A DNA stretch of 63,298 nucleotides, counting the filler, from Bipalium vagum (Eukaryota): the NCBI GenBank assembly GCA_037834085.1. It is 3 parts of 3 records of this genome, joined end to end, with 100 filler letters (N's around TTAATTAATTAA, not from the genome) between each part and the next. Parts side by side here need not be neighbours in the genome. Positions count along the whole stretch, not along the records: positions 1 to 28,884 come from JBBMKC010043992.1; positions 28,985 to 46,026 come from JBBMKC010081038.1; 1 more part is not named here. One strand, written 5' to 3'. The translations under genes were made by a program, and so were the position numbers. Below the pieces are notes generated by a model, which had not been told where the DNA came from, did not search any database, and saw nothing but the letters and a program-made list of their open reading frames with translations. Below, one piece after another: positions 24,601 through 37,218 of the stretch (positions are counted from its first letter, which is position 1; each line of letters begins with the position of its first letter).

Positions 24601-27600
24601 AGTTTAATTGTGTCTAGAAAGACTGTCAGAAGAATTTAAAAGAAATCGAATACATTTACTTACCGAAAGATGTTGGTAAATCCACCTCTTAAGGCAGAAC
24701 ATAAAATTAAAAGATTGAAATGGGCAAAGAACAAGGTATCATGGGGTGAAGAACGGAAAAATGTCATTTTGAGCGACGAAAAGAAGTTCACTTTAGATGG
24801 CCAAGATGGGTTTGTCTACTATTGGCATGATTTAAGAAAGGATGAACTAGCTTTTTCTAAGAGGCACATTGGTGGTGATTCCCTCATGATTTTGGCATGC
24901 TTTAATTTCTACGGTAAATCAAGTGTTGCCATAGTTTCATGAAACCAAAATCAACGGGAATATCAGCAACCATTAACATAACATCTCCTGCCATTTTTGA
25001 ATGATTTCGGTGGAGAGAAATCAGTCTTCCAACAAGATAACTGTAGATGGCATGCTGCCCGGTCCAGTTTACAATGGCTGAATGAGAGAAATATTACAGT
25101 TATGCCCTGGCCACCGTATTCGCCGGATCTAAATCCGATAGAAAACATGTGGGGAATACATGCCCGCCGTGTTTACGTCGGTGGAAATCAATTCAACACA
25201 TTTGCTGAGCTGAAATCGACAGTTATGCGTTGTTGGGAAGGCATAAGGAAAAATATTTTAGAAAGCCTGGCAAATTCAATGCCAGATAGAGTTTATCAAA
25301 CTATTTATTCACATGGATGTTCAACAAAGTTTTAGCAATAAAATTTTAAATATTTTTGTCTTTTATTTTGAATAAAACGTCAAATTATAAAATTGCGTAA
25401 ATAAATTTGTGTCGATTTTTTAAACAGCATCCGCTTAATCTCGTTACTAAGTTAATATTTTATAAAGAATTTCATAATAAACATTTGACATTAGCATGCT
25501 AACAGTACCGTATTGATTATAATTACATTTGACCAACTTACCCTCCTATAATCAGACAAAGTTGCACATTTTATTGGTGCATAAATAAATTTGTGTCGCA
25601 CTGTATAATGTTTTATACCATTTAATAACTTTGTTGAGATTTTCAAAGGCACCCCATAAAAAATTAAAGAAATCCAATACTCCCATGAAATACCCCTTTA
25701 AAATATAAATTATTTGTAAATTAATTAATTATAAATAATAAATTTAATTAACCCCTTAAAAAGTCCTTGAAAAATTTTCCCCAAAATTATTTTTAGTCTG
25801 ATTAAAACCTATTAAAAATAATTGAAATATTACTGATAGGTTTTAAAGCATAATTTGAGGAAGATTTTTGGAGAAAATGAGGAGAACGAAGCAATTAGTT
25901 CCCAAAAAATGATCATCAATTTTGGAATGTGGAGGGTTCATCTCCAATCTGATTAGTTTAGAATCAATATATAAGGAGAAGCATTTACTCCCAATTCCAA
26001 TCCCCAAAAACAGTGTACAAGAAAGAATATTGTTCGTATTACAAAGAAAATTATTTTTCGTTAAAGTTATTGAAGAAGATTGTTTATCGATATTGTTCCA
26101 GAGCTCTCAACAGTTTTCTGAAGAAGAATTTGATTATGCTGATAATATATTCTAGATTATGTTTAAGTTCCCCACCAGAGGACTATCTCTGAGCAACTGT
26201 AAAACTGTTTAAACGAAGCTAAGCTGTAAGATAGTTCTTTTTTTCTTTAACATTTATTCGATTATTATTTAGTAATTATTATTTCAGTATAATTTCTGTT
26301 TTATTTAATTGATTGTTAACATTAGATTTTTCAACAAACATATTGTTTGATATTTATAATTGATCGTTTATTAACCAAGACATTCTAGACATTATTGTGA
26401 TCCATTTGATAATTTTGTGTAATTGTAATCATTATGATTTTGCGTGATATAAATAAAAGCTATTCCTTTACTGATTGTTGCTATTTTGCGCCGCCTAAGA
26501 GTTGGAGTCATGTTTTATATTTGATACATTAAATATTGAATAACTTTTAAAAATGAATATCAATTAGCCAGAAATGTAAGAACAAGAATTACAGTTTGTG
26601 ACTATATAAGAATTTTGGTCATAGAAAAAATTGAAAACCATTGAAAATCAATTGTAAAGAATGCTGAAGATTTGAAACAGATTGATAAAAATAGTCAATC
26701 CGATAGAAGAAGCGAAAGGACAGAGAGGAAATTTGAAGAAACTATTTGAAGAACTGAGAAAAATAAGGAAATAAATTTTAAATATCATATTACAGGGGAA
26801 AAAATTAAATCATAAATATAAGATAACCATTATTGATTTTGACAATATTTTCAGATTTTTATCAAAATATTAAATGAATATGACGAGATAATTTTTCTTG
26901 ACAGAAATTACTGATTAAGTGACGGTGTCAGTTGCAAACCTCAATATTAATGTAAACAAATAAATTTAAGCAAAGTTCAATTCATTATGAGTTTCTCCTT
27001 AAAGACAAAAATATTACCTACTGTGGTCATTTTTGCAGTTTAAAGGAAATATTATAAACATTCGACCAGTACTACCAAACAGGAAAGCTGTTAATCTGTA
27101 ACATGATTACACCAGGTGTCCTGTCACAATAACCACTCGAGAAAAATTGGTGAAACTTAACTGGAAGTTTTGCCACATCAACCGTATATGATTCCATCAA
27201 TTTTTCATCTATCTCATTCGCTGTAATATTTTTGAATAAATACGATTGAGAATGTTTTAAGTCCATTACACCAATTTTTCTGTTAAAAAAAGTAGAGGAC
27301 CTAATTTTCTATCTAAATGATAATTAAACATGGAAATTCTTTTAATAAATAAAAGATCTTACAAAACTAATATACGTGTAGTTATAAGTATGTTTACAAT
27401 CTTTCTTATGAAATAACAATTGATAGAATTAAGGAGTGATTTTTTATGTGGATTGAAAGTATAATAATTAATTTAGGTATTTCGTTTTTTTATATTTTTG
27501 CCATATTTGAAAATTTTTCGGAATTGATCAGGTAGTGGAAACAAGTTTGTTACTCCACGACTAAGTACGCACATAATGTTAAATAGTGCATACATGTATC

Positions 27601-28661
27601 TGAAAAAATATTAATTAATTTTGTTTAATGTGCAATTGTTGACTTGGAATATCTTAAATGTACGTTTTTTTCAGAGTTTGCATAAATTATCAAAAATCGA
27701 CAAACATTCAAAAAGGTATACGATGTTCACGAAATGGGTGTGGTTACAGAACGAGTGATTTACGAAATGTACTGAAGGAAAATATATTTTTCGGGAAGCT
27801 AATGATGACACTAATCTAAAAATTGATTTAAAAATAATCCCACTTATCACTATTGAAAGGCATTTTGCAACAATCCAAATAATAATTATTATTATTAAAC
27901 AATAACCATTTTAAACGTTAAATAGAAAAGAAAAATATTGAATATTCAAAAGTTAAAGTGGTCAGCGAATATATTCAGATTGTTTTCGAAACTTAAATAA
28001 GACCAAAAAATTTTGTCATTTGAAATATTTATTCAAAGATTTTTTAAAACAATTAAATTGAAAAATAAGAGATTTCACAAGGGAGAAATTTTTAATATAA
28101 ATTCTTATAAATCTTATCCAATTCATAAATAAAATTATATTTTCTCATTTCTATTTACTGGTGTTGCGTTGGCTCCAACTGCTAGGTGACATCGGTAAAT
28201 TCTGTAATTGCAGATAGAAAATAAAAGCAGTGTTTACTTTGTTTACAATAAAATATATAATTTTATATTATATTAATAATATTTTATCTTTTTATTGGTA
28301 GACTTCATTATTTTAACATATTTTAATATTTAATAAATTATGAAATAATATATTTATTATAGTTCACGATTGAATAAAATTCCTTAGTTCATTTTATTTA
28401 TAAATATTTTAATTTCATATTTACATTAAAAATATTTTTGTAAAGATACCATGGTTAATAAAGAAAATTGCACTTGCTACATTTTTGATTCTTATTTAAA
28501 ATAAAAATAACATTTATGTTTATTAAACAATGCCATCTTTATCATTGAAAACATTATTTTTAAAATAAATTATTGATTTAACTTATTTTCTCTTTAATTT
28601 TTAAGACTTTATTAGACGAAGCAACCCACCCATGGGGAGTCAAGGTTGAAAGAGTTGAAGT
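16589..28661 (+). CDS. Stomatin / MEC-2-like (band 7, SPFH) protein, 3'-incomplete; exons 16589-16652, 16785-16888, 16936-17091, 22829-23032, 28606-28661
   Basis: All junctions are GT-AG and phase-compatible. Spliced protein: [56 protein letters not shown]|[52 protein letters not shown]|[19 protein letters not shown]...[33 protein letters not shown]|[18 protein letters not shown]. These are canonical stomatin motifs. Exon 1 is the least certain. Confidence 0.93.
19548..20060. repeat. Diverged ~300-bp tandem duplication, GC-richer than its surroundings and with hairpin potential, in stomatin intron 3
   Basis: Shared blocks tactatt..., tatgtaatttca..cgacttaaa, tgtaagaaccta, ggtcat.ttgttctgttg and aagaaacacga.gaagatggtg occur at ~19548-19776 and ~19849-20051. 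Confidence 0.85.
21582..21612. repeat. (TA)n microsatellite
   Basis: Directly visible. Confidence 0.95.
21990..22520 (-). mobile_element. Degenerate mariner remnant in stomatin intron 3
   Basis: ORF 22079-22264 [20 protein letters not shown]...[12 protein letters not shown] matches mariner YYELLKPGETVNxxxYQQQL...VILLHDNAPPH. Confidence 0.75.
23867..23995. repeat. Two-copy 64-bp tandem duplication abutting the Tc1 left end
   Basis: gtcttttagagataaaaatttattcttatgaaaattt.tcacacacttacatg.tt.ttttaat at 23867 and again at 23931. Confidence 0.9.
23998..25603 (+). mobile_element. Full-length Tc1/Tc3-like DD34E transposon (frameshifted transposase 24348-25335) in stomatin intron 4
   Basis: TA|cagtgcgacacaaatttattta ... 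taaataaatttgtgtcgcactg|TA. Inner direct copies of the binding motif at ~24191 and ~25396. Motifs [20 protein letters not shown] and [13 protein letters not shown]. Confidence 0.95.
26467..26540. repeat. Dispersed repeat shared with 46127-46200 (unclassified family; similarity also between ~25990-26460 and ~46440-46860)
   Basis: tttactgattgtt...ttgc.cc.cctaaga...ttggagtca.gtt..atttgatac..taaatattgaa occurs at both loci. Confidence 0.7.
26995..27300 (+). mobile_element. Highly decayed mariner C-terminal remnant
   Basis: The plus strand gives [14 protein letters not shown]...[10 protein letters not shown], then (frameshift) VLPHQPY, i.e. a degenerate RKGVILQHDNARPH...LGWEVLPHPPY. Confidence 0.55.
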
Positions 28662-28809
28662 GTGAGTGTTATTTAACTTATTTTCTAACTTCATAACTTT
28701 CTGCTATACATAACATTAATATCTTTAGTTTTACAATGAATTCTATTAACTTAAACGTTTTGTATTAAGAGCTGAATGTTGATATGTGCAACATTAGGTG
28801 ATAATGGAA

Positions 28810-28811
<2 letters not shown>

Positions 28812-28884
<73 letters not shown>
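28812..28884. repeat. (AAT)n microsatellite at contig end
   Basis: Directly visible; (ATT)n resumes at 28985-29060 on the other side of the spacer. Confidence 0.95.
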
Positions 28885-28984
28885 NNNNNNNNNNNNNNNN
28901 NNNNNNNNNNNNNNNNNNNNNNNNNNNNTTAATTAATTAANNNNNNNNNNNNNNNNNNNNNNNNNNNNNNNNNNNNNNNNNNNN
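28885..28984. other. Artificial 100-nt assembly spacer (44N + TTAATTAATTAA + 44N)
   Basis: Palindromic linker with stops in all six frames, centred in Ns. An identical construct lies at 46027-46126. Confidence 0.95.
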
Positions 28985-29049
<65 letters not shown>

Positions 29050-29343
29050 GATTATTATTATATCTCATGACAATATTCAGTTCCAATATTAATTCGAAAT
29101 GTTAACATTGTGTGGTCTTTTATTAATTTAAAACACTTGAAAATTATTTTTAATACGAAAAAGGTTATCAAATACAATATTTACGTAATAACTAAGATAA
29201 AAGACTTTAATAAAAAGTGAAAACATTGGTTCAGTTTCTATCAAAAGCAAGTTGGTACAAGTACAACAAAATATCTATGCAAATAAAACATGTAAAAAAA
29301 TGTACAAAAGTATTTCCGATGTGGTTCAGAACATTGAGGAAGA

Positions 29344-29754
29344 TTAAAATCTAATAATCTTTATTCTAGTACAAGACAGGATCAGTTGAATCGCTGATAT
29401 TAGCGCTCCTAAATGCAAAATAAACGTCAAATCTTTGACATCAGGCTTCAGAAGAAATGCTGTTGTGGAACAGGCAATGATTCCGGCTATCAGAAATGAC
29501 GAGTGCACCATTTTGGACAGTTTCAATTTCCAACCGTTTATGAAATAATTAACAATGAGAATGGCTGATTCGAAAGTCAATATATTCAATGTGAAGAGAA
29601 TAATCCATATAGCAATCTGATTTATTGAGATTTCTTCCTGCATAAAATAGCACTTGATCGTAGAAGCTCTTCCACAGGTCTCAGTAACCAGAGACAATGA
29701 GTACAACATTATAATAATTGACAAGAGACGGATCGATAGTCTACTACAGATCAT
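29344..29754 (-). CDS. Orphan 136-aa putative four-transmembrane protein
   Basis: Intact ORF with four hydrophobic segments (~aa 8-24, 47-71, 85-101, 110-127) and two Cys in the first loop (TETCGRASTIKC). TATA-like ttatataa ~31-38 nt upstream of the ATG. Confidence 0.55.
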   Translation of the reverse strand: MICSRLSIRLLSIIIMLYSLSLVTETCGRASTIKCYFMQEEISINQIAIWIILFTLNILTFESAILIVNYFINGWKLKLSKMVHSSFLIAGIIACSTTAFLLKPDVKDLTFILHLGALISAIQLILSCTRIKIIRF

Positions 29755-32187
29755 TGTTAAATGATATACAATGAGAAAGGACGATTATATAACTACAGCC
29801 AAGACCTTATCTATCTATAAATCTGAGATCTGTGGATATGGTTGCAATGCTTAATAAACAAGTATACGCTTTCTGATTTTTATGACTTTAAGTGAAAATC
29901 GTTATTTATTTTAAATATTGGAAATGCCAAAACTTTTAAAAAATATTTTTCCATTATGATTATTTAATGGGACGTCAACTTTACTCATTAAATTTTGAGA
30001 AGAATAATTTAATAATAAAAGTGGGTTTTAAAACAATTCAAGTTGACAAGTGTTCTTAATTTACCTGATGTCATTTAATTATTTATTAATTTTTTGATTA
30101 AGGTACCGACAAAATTCTGCTAAATATTTTTTAAAAAATCGAAAATACAAATTATGTCTAGTTATATTATTATTGTAAGCCGAAAACTTAAATGTTATCA
30201 TAATTTTTATGCTTTATTAATTACAATGGGTTCCTTTTCTGTAGAAATTAATAAAACACAAATTGTGACTAAACATATCAATACATAATCATGCTTACAA
30301 ATGCACTGTGAATAATGAAGTAAACTCCGCTCATAACGAAATTGAAAAGAATGGGAAATTTGCTAGTTATAGCCAAAACTCGTACTAATCAAAGTAGGAA
30401 AATAAGTTTTAGTGACAATTCATATAGCAATCATTTTAAGGAGTAAAAGAAAAATGCAATCAGCTTACTTAACAAAGTCGAAGGGCCACAGGTAGTGTTG
30501 AAAATTTCTAGGATACAGTATATACTTTTGAGATCTATCCACAATATATAAAGATACAATGAGAAAAACAAAAAACAAAAAAACCAAACAACAAAATTCT
30601 GATTTCAAATCAACTAAAGACAATAGCTTAGTATTGGACTACGTTGCTCCCGCTTAAAAATAATAACTGATTTTACTTTTGAAGTGATATTTTTTCTCCA
30701 CTCAAAAGTTTCATTGTCTCTGTTGCATGGAACCTAAATGTTAGCCTAATGAGAGTAAAGAAAATATAATAAAGAATAAAAATGTATCTTCCCATCTTTT
30801 CTTTTTCTCTTCTTGTTTAAAAATTAAATAAAAAACTAATAATAATATAACAGGAACTGTGAAATGGCTTATTTTCATAATAAACAAATTTTAATAAATA
30901 AAGAAATTCGTGTCTGGGTATTGTAAATATAATTTATTTCATAATTTGGAACTCTATCGGTTAAATCCAGCTTTGAGTAAACGAATTATTTTCATCACAT
31001 ATTTAAATAATATAATATTTAATAATAATAATAACTGTTTTTAAATCATTTATTTTCGAATTCATTATAAAACAGACTTGAAATTATCTTATTTTGACAA
31101 AACCGGCTTTAGCCGTTTATAACACAATATTTAAATGAAAAAATATAAATTCAAGTCTTAAATCGGTAATAATTATAGGGTATTAAATTAAAAATTAAAA
31201 TTAGGTCTTAAGAAAAACCATTTCTAAAAATAGTAACTATAAAAATTCTCATTGTTTTTGAAGATCATTAATAATAGTAACAATATTACTGAAAAAAGAA
31301 AATTTCTAACAATACGTTTGCTAAAAATAAAACAACCAATTAGATTGCTTTACAACAAAATGAGGATTATACTATCTTTCATTTACGTCATCAATATAAA
31401 CCTTAACATTGTCTTGAAGAACTCATTAAAGTTACTCAAACACACGATAAAAAACATCTAATAGGTCAGATTCAATTACTTTTTAGATTTGTTTGGTTAT
31501 TTAGTTCTGGTTATCCTTCTAATTACTCTTAAATCAGAGGACCCCTTCGAGTTCCCACTTCAAGAGAAAATCTATATATTCTTCCTAAATAATATTAAAT
31601 TTATTTATTTAAAAGATAAATTATATTTTGTTGTTTGTGGTAGTTACAAGTAAAGTTGTGTAATTTATTCCTATTATCAAAACTTCCTCAGTTAAGGAGT
31701 CAGATAATTTTGAGTGAAAATAGTTTGTCAGAAAGAATTATTATGCAATAGAGACAGTACAAAACATATTAAAACACCATAAAGCAAACAAAACATAATG
31801 TTAATGTTCCATGAAAACAGCAATTTCCTTCTCACATCACAAATACTAAATAAATTATGTGCACAGACATACACCGCATAACCTTTCGTTTTATAAGTTC
31901 TTAAATTATACTTATATGCACATTTTCTGTAAGCGGTGCAATTTCTCCCTATTTTTTGTATATTCTAACGGGACTGTCGACATGCTCATTATATGTGAGA
32001 TTTCTTTATATGGTATTATTGTTGTGTTAATAATAATAGTTTTTAACATTTAAATATTTAATTGGGAGATGGATCAAAGTCAATTAAGAGTTTAATTAAT
32101 ACAAATAAATATTAATTACGTTTAAATCGTTTTTTTTCGTATTTCATATGGGCAAAAAATATACGATCGATTTTCAATTAAGTCCAA

Positions 32188-32922
32188 TCATTTATTAACA
32201 TTAAACAGGCCAGGAATCCAATATGAAAGAACGTCGTAATCATCGACCCATGCGATTCCCTCTTTTACCAAATGTTCCATTGTTTGTTGAGATCGCTCCT
32301 CGGTCCACTGGAACTGTTGCGAACAAGAATTCAAATCGATTTTTCCATTATTATCTTGGGCAAGTTTCAAAATGTTTGTCTGATCCATATTCAGTTCACC
32401 CGGTACGGACTGTACTAGTTGACGCCCTTTAGATAGTGTAATTAAGGAAAATCCATTACCCAAAATCTTAACAGTCTTAATTGCTCTTATGACATCGTCC
32501 TTGTAAATCAAATCAGTTTCCATTTTGTTTCGTGTATCGTTTAGCTTCTTAATTAACTCATCGAGGTCCATAAGCCCACCATTATATTTTGAGGTAGCCA
32601 TTGTTACTTCAATGACACGTACTGCTAAGTGATAATAGAAATCGCTGACACCTAAGATTTCAGCCCAAAATCCCTTACTAGATGCAAGTGGATCAACTCC
32701 GACCGAAGCACACATAGACTGAAACTGGGACCGAAATTCTGGAACTTTCTTGATGTCTTCTTTATGTTTTACTGCGAATTCTTCTAAATGACTCTTAAAC
32801 GACTCAAACTGTTTAACTAGTTCTGAGAAATTTGCCTCGGCGATTTCATTTCCCTTAGACTTATATTTAGCAGCGGCAGCTTCTTTATTTTTAATAGCGG
32901 CAATACCAATATTTCGCCGCAT
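32188..32922 (-). CDS. SNF8: ESCRT-II subunit SNF8/VPS22 (EAP30), intronless CDS
   Basis: MRRNIGIAAI..., FRSQFQSMCASVGVDPLASSKGFWAEILGVSDFYY, NGGLM, DDVIRAIKTVKILGNGF, VQSVPGELNMDQ and GIAWVDD...YWIPGLF are hallmark VPS22 motifs. Possible 5'UTR intron at 32923-33026. Confidence 0.96.
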   Translation of the reverse strand: MRRNIGIAAIKNKEAAAAKYKSKGNEIAEANFSELVKQFESFKSHLEEFAVKHKEDIKKVPEFRSQFQSMCASVGVDPLASSKGFWAEILGVSDFYYHLAVRVIEVTMATSKYNGGLMDLDELIKKLNDTRNKMETDLIYKDDVIRAIKTVKILGNGFSLITLSKGRQLVQSVPGELNMDQTNILKLAQDNNGKIDLNSCSQQFQWTEERSQQTMEHLVKEGIAWVDDYDVLSYWIPGLFNVNK

Positions 32923-34086
32923 CTATCAATACTTTATAGGAAATCTGAATAAAAATATTTAATTTTAAAAATTAATTCAAAATATTTTCACTTAAAAATT
33001 ACACTTTGGTTAAATAAAACAAATACCTTTGTACAATTTTAAAATCTTGACAAATATATAAATAAATTTAATATTTTCCAACGTTTTAATTCCAGATGTG
33101 AAAGAAAAGAAAAATACTAAATTACATTAAAATTGTATAATTATAAATACTAAAAAATTATTAAGACATTAAAATCAAAAATTCAAACAAATGTAGTTTT
33201 TAGAAAATCATCATTTTATAAATTTTATAAATTTTATAATTTTTAATAATTTAAAATTTCATTTTTCCTCTACTGAAAATAATAAATGATTTTTATTTTT
33301 TGAATTAAAATAATAAAATTCTTTCTTACCTAATAAAACTTTAAGAATGATTTTAATGATAAAGTATTTATTAAGTATTTTGAAATCGCAGCACTACGAC
33401 CACGATTGTGCTTATTAATGATTTTCATGAGTGAGTGACTTCAAGATGACTTCAATTTTTAGAACGAGGTCATGAAGGTCCTCTTGAAAACGTATGTTGG
33501 TTCTCGTATGTTCATGACAAATCATCTGTTCAACTGGCGCCCACATAAGTCAAAGCATTGTTTTGTTTGGTTGTCTGTTGTTTATATTAACGCAGTATGA
33601 GAACTAAATTTCTTCGCGATTGATTTTTGAAATCATAGATTTTTATGTTTTCAAAAACAGTCAGAGATTCTATTCATAGTCTTATTTTACTTTAAAAATT
33701 AAAAATAATGAAAATGTCTCATTAATCTTCTCTATCTTCTAGTTTTAATAAATAATATTTAGAATCACTATAAAGTTAAGCTTTATAAATAGCATCTAAT
33801 CATTCTTATTATTGATGGTATCTACAGGATCTGCCAATCTCTGCAACAGAGCTCAGCCTCAGTCTCTACCCAGCGATGACCTACCCAAATCAATCACTAA
33901 TGACTATTAGTGATTCTACGACTTTTTTGTGCTTCATTGACATTGTTTTATTTACCACATTATATTTCTGTATATTATTGTATAATTATTTATTTGTTAT
34001 GATATGATAATATTAAATAAAACCTAATAATTCACAATAATAATTTCTTTATTTTTTAATTAAAACAAAATAAATAAAAGATTACC

Positions 34087-34527
34087 TGATTTGGTTCCAA
34101 GGTAATGAAAATATTTAAAGTTAATGAAAAAAAATTATAAAGTAAAAAATTAGTAAAAATAAATATTATAAACAGGAATTGCTAAAAATACACAATATTT
34201 CTAAAAATAAGTAGAACTTACCATAAATAGAAGTTATTACTAAAAATAGTTAGAATATGACGAAATTACTATAAATAGTAAGTATAGTAAGTATTATAGT
34301 AAGTATTGTCTAAATATTGTAATTATTATTTAAAAATAGTAATTTAGTAAGGAACCAATCAGAAGGCGATAAAGCTGAAAACGGGACTATATAAGCTCCT
34401 GTCAAGAGTTTTCAGAAGAAAGTAAAATTAAGTTTGGAAAAAAAACTAAAAGACGAATTTTAAGACAAGTTATAAAAATAAAATTAAGTAAATAATTATT
34501 ATTGATAATTAAAGAAAATCTTTACAA
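34087..34527 (+). mobile_element. Possible solo LTR
   Basis: aaccaatcag (CCAAT) at ~34353, tatataagc (TATA) at ~34388, attaaa and a ...ttaca end. Boundaries and TSD are not established. Confidence 0.25.
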
Positions 34528-35817
34528 TATCAATATTTTATTTAAGATTTTCTTTTTCTTTTGTTTTGTTATCTGACAAACGCTACTCTACTAACCTTTC
34601 TAGGGTTTCATAGAAAAAAGGAACTCTTCGATTTTTCCTAATCAAGATGATATATATAATTAATACAAAAATAATAATAAATAAAAAGAAAATTATTGTA
34701 AAAACACTTGTGTATATTAAATACATTTTTGAAAAACAAAATTATTTGTTATCTTAGTTATTTTACAGTTCTCCTATTATAGACACTTCCTTCAAACGGG
34801 AATTGGTGAGCCTTAAGCTAATAAATAAATCTTTGTCGGTGCTAAAACCAAACATTATTAAATAACAAAACAGGTGCTATATATCAATTTACCATTTAAT
34901 TAAAGTACGAAACGTTTCAGTTTTTAAAATCAATTTTAGTTCTATTTTTTAATTAGAATATTATGCATCTTTGAATTCGTTTTTACCTATTAACTCTTTC
35001 AATTTATGTTTAGTTAAATTAAATTAATTTCATTTCGTTACTGTAAATAAAAAACGTAAAAGTAAGTTTTTTACATTTTCCTCATAAAGATTCTGTCCGT
35101 ATTTGTGGATGGTCGTGCATTAATCTTATTCTAGAAGGCACTTACATTTCGCTGCACCATTATTCACTCCATTAATGATTTCAATAGTAAATATAAACAC
35201 AATTAAATGATGCTAAAATGAAATAAGTAAAGAAACACTTAAATAATGATATCAATTTAAATATAATATAATGTTAATAAAGATAAAACCTTTTTAAAAA
35301 TTAAGAATTAATTTAATAATTTTGAAAAAAAATAAAAATTTTATCCAGGAAAAACAAAACTCCACTCGTGACTGATAAAGTTCGTCATATTGAGGAATCA
35401 TAGACAACATACGGTTTGACAGTCACCAAAGTTTTCATGCAATTTTAATCATCAATGTTAATCGTCCCTGAAATTTTGGAATAAACAATTTTAATCAGTA
35501 AGTTTATCATTAAGTTTATTCATTAACTCTGAAATTCTTCCAAGGTTTTTGATTACCTCTATTTATGCAACACCTCAGCTCTCGGTAGCCCAAATATATG
35601 GAATACAGAAGCCAATGGAAACTCTTCCAGAGTTTGTTTGCCTTTTTAATGAAGCTGACAGCAATTCTTTCAGCTCAAACTAATTTTTTATGTCTATCAA
35701 AGATATTTTAATGGTTAAAGATGAAGAGATAATTATAAAATGAGCTTAACTAAAAAATAAAATTAAAAAATAATATAAGAATGACTAGATTATACAGACT
35801 AAAGAAATTAAATAAAT

Positions 35818-36900
35818 GTGGGTTGTCTGGAAAGTTCGTTCCGAATTTTAATTAGAAATTTAAAAGTAAGACAATGCAATTTTAAATACATTTATTAAAA
35901 TACATTTGTTCAATTTTGTTCCACAATCTTTTTCCATCTATTAGGCAAGTTGAATATTCCATCCTTCCAGAATTTCTTAGATTTTTCATCGAAAAAATTA
36001 TCCAAGTGATTTTTGAAATCGTCCAAGGAGATAAAGTTTTTTCCATTAAGTAAATTTTGTAATGACCTGAATAAATGGAAATCGGTGGGTGCAAAGTTTG
36101 GTGAAAATGGCGGATGAGGTAGCATTTCCAAACCTAGCTCAAAACACTTTTTAGTAGTCAAAGACATATGTGGACGCTCATTATCTTGATGAAACACTAC
36201 TCCTTTCCGATTCACCAGTGCTGGGCGTTTTCTTTCAATTTGTTTGTTTAACTCGTCCAAATTTCAGAATTTATTGTTTGATTTGCTGGTAGAAGCTCAT
36301 AATATAGAATTCCTAACCAGTCCCACCAGACACAAAGCATAAATTTTTTGGGTGAAGACTGCCTTTTGCGGTGGTTAACGGTAGATCACATGGCTCTCCC
36401 CAGGATCTTTTCAGTTGGACATTATTATAAATGATCCATTTCTCATCTCATGTCACCAATTGCTTCAAAAATGGTGTTAATTTGTTGCGTTTATAAATTT
36501 AAGTTGCAGATGTTAATGCGATTCATCAGGTTATTTTCACTTAAAACATCTGGAATCCATACATCTAAACGATCAATAAAACCAAGCTTCAATAAATTCT
36601 CGTGTATGGTGGATTTTGGGATACCTAATATCTCCTCTAATTCACGCGTGGTACAGCGTGAATTTTTCTCAAGAAACGCGGTAATTTGTTCATAATCAGT
36701 AGGTCTCCCTGTGCGTTCTTGATCTTCAAGGCTAAAATCACCATCTTTAAATCTTGCAAACCAATTCCAAACAGCTCTATCAGATATTGCTAATTCACCA
36801 TAAACACCACATATTTTGTTTGCTGTTTTCGCGGCCATTTTACCTTCCCGGTAGTAGAAGAGCATTAAATGGCGAAATGTATATTATTTTTATCCATCTT
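35818..36900 (-). mobile_element. Decayed near-full-length mariner
   Basis: ORFs 36491-36865 (MLFYYREGKMAAKTANKICGVYG...WFARFKDGDFSLEDQERTGRP...DVWIP) and 35910-36260 (NRKGVVFHQDNERPH...HPPFSPNFAPTDFHLFRSL). TIR-like ggttgtctggaaagttcgttccg at 35821. Confidence 0.9.
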
Positions 36901-37218
36901 TGAATTTGTTCAAAATAATAACTTACCATTACTTACCAATAACTTTTATTTACTCAACTGTATAAATTATTTATATCATACCCATTATTGAAAAATATAA
37001 TTAAAATGGAAAAATAATTTTAAATTAATACAATCACCAATTGCACCTTTTTGTACCTATTAAAATGAATATGAAAATTCAATTTTGAAACTACTGATTA
37101 AAATATTTTTTCAAACTCTGAAAATCAAATGGTCAAGTATTTAAATGGAATTTGAACACATTTTTTGATTACTTAATATAAAATCCCAAGCATAATCATG
37201 TAAACCACTACATTGTGA

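Noticed and set aside
28929-28940. TTAATTAATTAA palindrome inside Ns (also 46071-46082)
   Set aside because: Artificial six-frame stop linker from assembly concatenation.
33534-33543. tggcgccca, resembling a tRNA-Lys primer-binding site
   Set aside because: Only ~9 nt match, with no adjacent LTR end or gag ORF.
37190-37199. ARE-like RTGAYnnnGC on the minus strand before GST copy 1
   Set aside because: Lies between the TATA-like box and the ATG; a short degenerate motif expected by chance.
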